DNA of 5,317 nt from Adineta steineri (lineage: Eukaryota). The translations under genes were made by a program, and so were the position numbers. Below, piece after piece: positions 1 through 5,317 of this stretch. Every line of letters starts with the position of its first letter. Position 1 is the first letter of the stretch. The notes beneath the pieces were generated by a model, which did no database searches, was not told where the DNA came from, and was given only the letters and a program-made list of their open reading frames with translations. The DNA is taken from contig CAJNOG010000282.1 of assembly GCA_905250045.1 (NCBI GenBank), positions 47,367 to 52,683 of the forward strand. Reading direction: 5' to 3'.

Positions 1-1032
1 AATCTGATAATATCTAATATGGAAACATCGTTTTGAGAAATTTGATAAATAAAGTATCGCTCCATTTCCTTTCCTTCAATATATTAAACATAAATTAATA
101 TTACATACTACTTATTATCCATGCAATGAAAAATATGAAACGAACGCCTATCAATAAGTTCTTTCCTGTAGTTCATATTATAGTTTTCAAAAACATTTGA
201 ATTATGGCGTTTCAAGATCGTCATTTTCTTTGCATATTAACCCTGTTCCAACAACTTTGTGAAGAGAAAACTTGATTAATAGTTAGAAAACAAACTATCT
301 GTTTTTCTGATACAAAAAAAAATATTAATTCACACATTCAGGTACAGCATTAGAAGGCTATTGACGAATTGCGACCGAAACTTCAAATATTTTCCGCTCT
401 CACTCTCACTGCCGATCTGCTAATTAATTTGATCTTTGATCGTAATTTTGGAAGCCACGCATTAAAATAACGTCAACTATATTTATACAAAAATCTAGCA
501 TAAAAAACAATAATTCAACAAAATATTATGTATATAGATACAAAAAATAGTCGAATTTATGAATTATAAGGAAATTCATATGCATATATTATCAGATAAA
601 AGCTCACTTACAAAAATCAATAGATTAATATCTTAGTTTTTTTTTTAATTTTTTGATAATTTGTAGGTGAGTATAAACATAGAACGATAGGAATACTTTT
701 GTTCAAGAAAGATGTCCACCATTATATAATGTAATTATTCACACTATTTAGAGAATAATATTTTCAATAAGAAGAAAAATAATTGTCCCAAGTGAAGTTT
801 TGTCACGTAGATTGGAAAAGAATGCTTCTTTTGAGGGTACGAGTTAGTAACGTTTGGAAAATCTATTTTTATTGCCCAATTTAGATATAGTATGATTAGT
901 ATTATAGTTATACAGCAGAAGACGTTTAAATTATAATAATAAAATCAATAATTAGTTGGAATATATCATTTAATACAATATTACATCTCAATTAGAAAAA
1001 GATGTGTGATTTAACTTATAGTTTTGATCAAG

Positions 1033-1077
1033 TCAAGTCATAAATCAATAAAAACTTAATTTGGCTTTGTGACTTGA
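1033..1077. repeat. Inverted repeat (12-nt arms, 21-nt loop)
   Basis: TCAAGTCATAAA (1033..1044) and TTTGTGACTTGA (1066..1077) pair with 11 Watson-Crick pairs and one wobble. Confidence 0.45.
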
Positions 1078-3264
1078 GTGATTTTTCATCTTATTCTATT
1101 TATCCAACAAAACTAATATAAACTTTAAAAATCCACTCTTTTCTTTCCTGAACATTGCTTAAGAGTATGTAAAGAAAGAGGAATGTGAGCATATACAAAT
1201 GTACTCGTGTTTTAATGAGAACAATATAGAACGATGTAAATGACGTTTTGAACCGTAAAATTGCAAATCAAATCAAAGATCGTTTGTATTCATAAAAAGT
1301 TATTTAAACATTCAAGGAATCTATCTAATCAATATTATTTGTATGGTAATTTATAGTTATTTACAATATCTGAATAAATTATTTTATAATCATACCTTTT
1401 CTTATTTTTATACACAACTAAAACTTAACTTCTTCATTCCTAAGTCATTCAATTGAAAATCCTGATTTAACATTAATATTGAATAAATGCTATACTAATT
1501 CAAAGTTCTGGTTACTTAAGAAATTCATGTTTTCTCCTATGAGTAAAGCGAAATAATCATCCTTTGAGAAATAGCATGTTTTTTTCATATTAATCAAGGT
1601 TCTCAATACCACTCTAAAGTATTATCTTTCAAATTAATACAAAAACTCATACGTTCTATAGTCTCTAAAAAAAGACATAAGAAAAAGTTTCTTTTGTATA
1701 ACTATTTTGATTTTTCGAGTTATTCTATTAATGAAATCATCTAGCTTTTTAAATGTTGGTTTGAGATTGACGAATTCAGGATATTGAAGCTATTATTAAG
1801 GATACACATGTCAGTGAAATAAAATACTCACAGCCCTGCTATTTTGAATGTAGCTATTATTAAATGAGTAAATATGTTTTTCTTGTATATCTGTGAATTC
1901 TTGTTACGGAGCGGTCTTATTACCTCTTCCATAAAAACATTTTATTTTTCTCCTAGAAGTATACGTGTAAATTGTTGTAGGGAAGAATAGGAAAAAATTT
2001 CTCTTCACATGTACTTCATCTCTCGTCGTAAGATTCATTGAATCATGACATGTACACGTGTGCATGAGAAACGAACAAAATAAATGTGTTTGAAAGTATA
2101 CAATACTTTTTCATTTTTTATTTAATGTCACCCATAATGATATTTGAGTCATTGTTTTGATAAACCTACTCAAAATACTTTCTTACATCTTAATTATCAA
2201 CATATTAAAAAATCAATATTTGATCAGTTTTGTTAAAATCCACATATTAAACAACAAATTTCATCATTACAATTTTCTACTGATGAATTTTCTCATCTTC
2301 GATCGTTGACCTTAATAAATGTAAAACAAAACGAAATGATTAAAATTCAATCAATGTTATCATATTTATATAATCTACGATATCTACTTTGACTTATCAA
2401 ACGCTAATAATTCCTATTTATGTTAAAAACAAGTTGGATAAAATTCTCTCGTCTTGAAATATTATTAAAACGAACACCAAATTTAGAAACTTTAAAAGTA
2501 ATGAAAGATGCACCACAATTTTATTACATGTATCAAGTATTACAATTCATTGTTTATTTTTTCCATCCAGTACGAATTTATGGTTAGAAGAAACTGTAAA
2601 AAAATTAAATAGTAATGTTATCAGTCCAGTATTACAAATTTGGGTTGGTGAAAATAAACGTTAGTTCTATACCTGATTTTTAGTATTACTAATATACTTT
2701 TGTTCATAAAAAACTAAAATATTTTTAAATATATTGATCACTGATAACGTCAGTTCGTACTGAAAAAGAGAGATAATGCAATATCAGAATATTTTCTGAC
2801 ATTGTTATGTAATATAGGTGTTCGCTCTTGAAAACGAATACATTAGCTAGAATGTACTAATTTTAGATCTTTTGTTGCTCGTTAAAATAGAAGAGTATAT
2901 ATTTTTTTTTCTTTGCAGACTATTGTCATCTATCATCACAACCAAATTAAACAAGGTTATACTTCCATTCTCCAATTTCAGATAGAATTCCTTGTCATAT
3001 ATTCATTACTAGATCGTTTTTTTTTGTTCGTGATATGAAACATACACAAGCAATTATTTTTATCAAGGATGTTATATAGAATCCATTCGTTTTATAAAAA
3101 TATGCTATTGTTATGTTTAATAATAAACAGAAATAATTACGAAATATTAAAAAATAAAAGTATCTCAACAGTATATAGTGTTAAAAATGAATTCAGTCAA
3201 ATTACTGTATAAGATTTATTAATGGTAATGTTAGATTTCTATACGATGAATATTCTTTCTCATT

Positions 3265-3296
3265 CCGATGATTCATCGTCGGCAGACAGTTGTCTG
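3265..3296. repeat. Two adjacent short dyads
   Basis: CCGATGA-TTCA-TCGTCGG (3265..3282, one G-U wobble) immediately followed by CAGACA-GT-TGTCTG (3283..3296, perfect arms). Confidence 0.5.
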
Positions 3297-3352
3297 TTCT
3301 GTTTATATAGTATCAAAAGAAAATTATGTACAAGATAAATATTATGAAGATA

Positions 3353-3371
3353 TCTTTCTTTCTTTCTTTCT
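3353..3371. repeat. (TTTC)n microsatellite, about 4.5 units
   Basis: TCTTTCTTTCTTTCTTTCT read directly. Confidence 0.7.
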
Positions 3372-3507
3372 GTATATTTTCTATTCTCATGATTTTTGTA
3401 CTCCATTCTTCGAGAACAAATGATTCATATATGCGTCGTATGTTTTCCAGAGAAAAGAGATAATTCCGCCATATCATTTCGATTATTTTTTCTTGTAATA
3501 CATCATT

Positions 3508-3834
3508 ATGCGCTTTGATCAGGTACGATCTCTTCGTGAATAATATATCAATCTCAATTAAATATTGTTATTTTTCTTAATATAGGATCCAGAACGCTCT
3601 CCTTCACCCGTATCTTCATCATCGGATAATGAAGATATTGATAATGATGTCGAAGATGAAAGTGAATTATTAGAAAATATGGCTGAAAAAGAAGCTGAAT
3701 TAAATCGTACACAACAGTTGATCGACGAACGAAATAAACAAGTCGAAGCAACGATTATGGAACTTCGTCTAATCAATGATCTATTACGACAGATTGAAAC
3801 TCTTACACATAATGATACAGAGTCAAAACGTTGA
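3508..3834 (+). CDS. Small coiled-coil protein, or 3' end of a larger gene; two exons 3508..3522 and 3586..3834. Predicted product MRFDQ|DPERSPSPVSSSSDNEDIDNDVEDESELLENMAEKEAELNRTQQLIDERNKQVEATIMELRLINDLLRQIETLTHNDTESKR*
   Basis: Manual + strand translation. The terminal exon 3586..3834 is 249 nt, open and ends in TGA. It is preceded by TTTTTCTTAATATAG (acceptor) and a CAG|GTACG donor at 3522|3523, giving a phase-0 63-nt intron. The product has sensible composition: Ser/acidic stretch, then a Glu/Leu/Gln/Arg-rich heptad-like helix. An AATAAA lies 24 nt after the stop. The start codon is uncertain; an in-frame TAA at 3496..3498 blocks extension without another intron. Confidence 0.68.
3523..3585 (+). 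other. Spliceosomal intron (63 nt, phase 0)
   Basis: Begins GTACGATC after CAG and ends TTTTTCTTAATATAG. It contains stops (for example TGA and TAA at 3536..3543), and removal joins an open frame. Confidence 0.62.
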
Positions 3835-3857
3835 ACTTTACACATCTTTCTCTAATT

Positions 3858-3863
3858 AATAAA
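3858..3863 (+). terminator. Candidate polyadenylation signal AATAAA for the coiled-coil gene
   Basis: AATAAA starting 24 nt downstream of the TGA at 3832..3834. Confidence 0.45.
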
Positions 3864-4570
3864 TTTTCCATTACTTTTCTGTTCATATGTAGATTTTTAT
3901 GTCAATAGCTTTTTTTTCAACAGATTTTGTATTTTTTCATAGTTATAACCGTTCTGTAGTATATATTTAATGAACACAACATTGACCATACGATGCACTA
4001 TACCGATAAGATTAAATACAAAAACATAAAATATTACTTACAGTTACTCAATGTAACAAAATTTATGTTCATATATAAATCCGATTTCCAATTGTCCTGC
4101 TGGATTAACATGATCTACAATACTTTGTAATATTTTTTTCTCCAACTTAAAAGACCATCTAATATCCAATATGGAAAAAAAACTTATTTTTATGGAAGGA
4201 CGGGTAGATGTGGAGATTGATTTTCGATTGCCTCATGTTCACACTCATACCCTTTAAATTTCTACTTAATGTTCTTCTGGATTTTTTAGTTTAATTTAAG
4301 TTTATTTTTCTTATACTAAATTGATGTTTTTTATATATCAGTAAAACTTATTTCTTCTACTGATAGAATACGCATGTTCACTGATTAGTTTGAATTTTTT
4401 ACTGACCAGGGGTGGGTGCTGGTGTTGATTTGAATTTCGGTATATAATCTATCACTCGTCGTCACAAACACCCACACTCTATTGCAAAGTAATGTCATTC
4501 ACTGATTAATTATCAATGATCGACTTGAACATATATCATTGACAAAGAGAATATATTTCAGTACTTCGTG

Positions 4571-4576
4571 TTTATT
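4571..4576 (-). terminator. Candidate polyadenylation signal AATAAA for the Cys-rich gene
   Basis: + strand TTTATT, about 155 nt beyond the minus-strand terminal TAA (4734..4732). Motif is weakly informative in AT-rich DNA. Confidence 0.25.
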
Positions 4577-4731
4577 AAAATGAAAAAAATCTTCAACGAA
4601 AAGAACAAAGAGAAATTGCTTGTATATAAAAAAAGTAAGAATAAGGTAAGAGACTCTAGATTATAAAGATGAATAAAGAAAGTGTTCTGTTAATACTAAT
4701 ATATGTTTTTGTAGACATCGAACGATAGATC

Positions 4732-5317
4732 TTATGGGGATACACATTGTCTTTTGGTGGTAACTACGTTTCCATTTGTCTTTGTTACTGTAACACATTT
4801 ACATTTACAACAGTCAATGTCATTCGTACACGATCCCTGTGTAGGACATCCTTGAGTACTAATCGATTGTCCAGTTGGATTCAAGCAGTAACCAGATACT
4901 TCGTTATTATGTTTGAAGCACTGATATTCCTTGCCTGAAACACAGCAATCTGCATCTGCTGTACAATCTGTAATTGGACAACTACCTGATGAATTGCTAA
5001 ATGTTGTAGTTGAAGACGGTGCGGTAGTAGTAGTAGTGCTTTGATTAATACATTATTGAGTAGACGGATCAAGAATACAATTTACTACGTATCCACCGAC
5101 ACATTTTTGAGTCGTGGAATCATAGCACACACCATTACATAATTTAATCTGGTTTGGTTGATATGCAGGATAGTTATTTGTAACATTACATATTCTTGTA
5201 TTAGCAGCCCAAACTTGTCTTATTCCCATGCAGCGTCCATTACATATTTGAGTTGAGATGCAGAGAAAATTATTTATGCACGATTGAGAGTTTGGATCGT
5301 AACAGACAGGAGATGAT
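4732..5317 (-). CDS. 3' portion of a Cys-rich, multi-module, probably secreted protein; N-terminus outside window; frame interrupted by one in-frame TAA at 5055..5053 (possible pseudogene)
   Basis: Minus-strand translation from 5316: SSPVCYDPNSQSCINNFLCISTQICNGRCMGIRQVWAANTRICNVTNNYPAYQPNQIKLCNGVCYDSTTQKCVGGYVVNCILDPSTQ*CINQSTTTTTAPSSTTTFSNSSGSCPITDCTADADCCVSGKEYQCFKHNNEVSGYCLNPTGQSISTQGCPTQGSCTNDIDCCKCKCVTVTKTNGNVVTTKRQCVSP*. One frame stays open for 195 codons apart from the single TAA. Regular Cys spacing and repeated motifs continue on both sides of it. Confidence 0.72.
4744..4848 (-). other. Cysteine module 2 (divergent copy of module 1): CPTQGSCTNDIDCCKCKCVTVTKTNGNVVTTKRQC
   Basis: Shares C-x5-C-x5-CC with a CTxDxDCC core with module 1, but has seven Cys and a CCKCKC cluster. 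Confidence 0.38.
4885..4980 (-). other. Knottin-like cysteine module 1: CPITDCTADADCCVSGKEYQCFKHNNEVSGYC
   Basis: Cys spacing C-x4-C-x5-CC-x7-C-x10-C matches the general inhibitor-cystine-knot style arrangement with a DxDCC core. Fold is inferred from spacing only. Confidence 0.42.
4981..5040 (-). repeat. Ser/Thr-rich linker (STTTTTAPSSTTTFSNSSGS) including a short ACT trinucleotide run
   Basis: Minus strand AGC(ACT)4ACC, seen on the + strand as GGTAGTAGTAGTAGTGCT. Separates the CNGxC modules from the DxDCC modules. Confidence 0.6.

Noticed and set aside
2093-2109. AAAGTA-TACAA-TACTTT mini-hairpin
   Set aside because: A 6-nt AT-rich stem is expected often by chance.
1-3240. Search for CRISPR arrays, tRNA/rRNA genes, transposon ORFs or long terminal repeats
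   Set aside because: No regularly spaced repeats, no tRNA-like B-box or rRNA core motifs, and no convincing long coding frames were seen by eye. A Rfam/tRNAscan/RepeatMasker run would be needed to exclude diverged copies.
3246-3338. Short + ORF MNILSHSDDSSSADSCLFCLYSIKRKLCTR as an upstream exon of the coiled-coil gene
   Set aside because: Its possible donor (GT at 3328) leaves phase 1, which does not match the phase-0 exon at 3586. The peptide is too short for independent support.
3554-3751. Minus-strand 65-aa ORF from the track
   Set aside because: Same region, different frame; overlaps the supported + exon and shows no coding character.
3558-3845. Minus-strand 95-aa ORF from the track (MCKVQRFDSVSL...)
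   Set aside because: It is the antisense shadow of a better-supported + strand exon with splice acceptor, stop and polyA signal. Its Ser/Cys/Arg-rich, low-complexity translation is typical of antisense frames.
8-4177. Direct repeat TAATATCTAATATGGAAA (8..25) versus TAATATCCAATATGGAAA (4160..4177), 17/18 identical
   Set aside because: A match of this length is not clearly above chance for this AT-rich composition, and the flanks do not extend it.
4747-4938. + strand 63-aa ORF (MSFGGNYVSICLCYCNTF...)
   Set aside because: Antisense to the Cys-rich module frame; the minus translation carries the patterned Cys and domain duplication.
4881-5072. Minus-strand 63-aa ORF (MIRLLNNVLIKALLLLPHRL...)
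   Set aside because: It is the frame-shifted version of the Cys-rich frame. The poly-Leu comes from the ACT repeat read out of frame.
5039-5085. 47-nt intron GTAAATTG...AATCAAAG on the minus strand that would remove the premature TAA
   Set aside because: Donor looks good, but the length is not a multiple of three. Splicing would put the downstream frame into HYYYYRTVFNYNI-stop.
4732-5317. Ciliate-like genetic code with TAA = Gln explaining the internal stop
   Set aside because: Gln in this frame and in the + gene is otherwise always CAA/CAG (more than ten codons), and TAA then also ends the protein at a sensible place. Reassigned codes normally use TAA/TAG heavily.

Overview
AT-rich, apparently eukaryotic nuclear window: long non-coding stretches, a short GT-AG intron, and eukaryote-style AATAAA signals. 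Two protein-coding loci can be supported, and they are convergent. (1) On the + strand, a small gene or gene 3' end (3508..3834, one 63-nt intron) encodes an acidic/Ser-rich segment followed by a predicted coiled coil. The ORF track misses it and lists an antisense artefact over it. (2) On the - strand, a Cys-rich, probably secreted, multi-module protein (5316..4732) runs off the right edge. It has CNGxCYDxxxQxC-type modules, a Thr/Ser linker and two C-terminal C..C..DxDCC..C modules resembling cystine-knot/knottin peptides. The frame is broken by one in-frame TAA (5055..5053) in an otherwise open, conserved-looking frame, so this is a candidate pseudogene, polymorphic null, assembly error or unrecognised intron. 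The left ~3.4 kb shows no convincing coding sequence, only a few small dyads and repeats. The style (short introns, AT-rich, Cys-rich modular secreted proteins) fits a small invertebrate such as a bdelloid rotifer, but taxon is inference. I see no RNA gene, CRISPR array or recognisable transposon.
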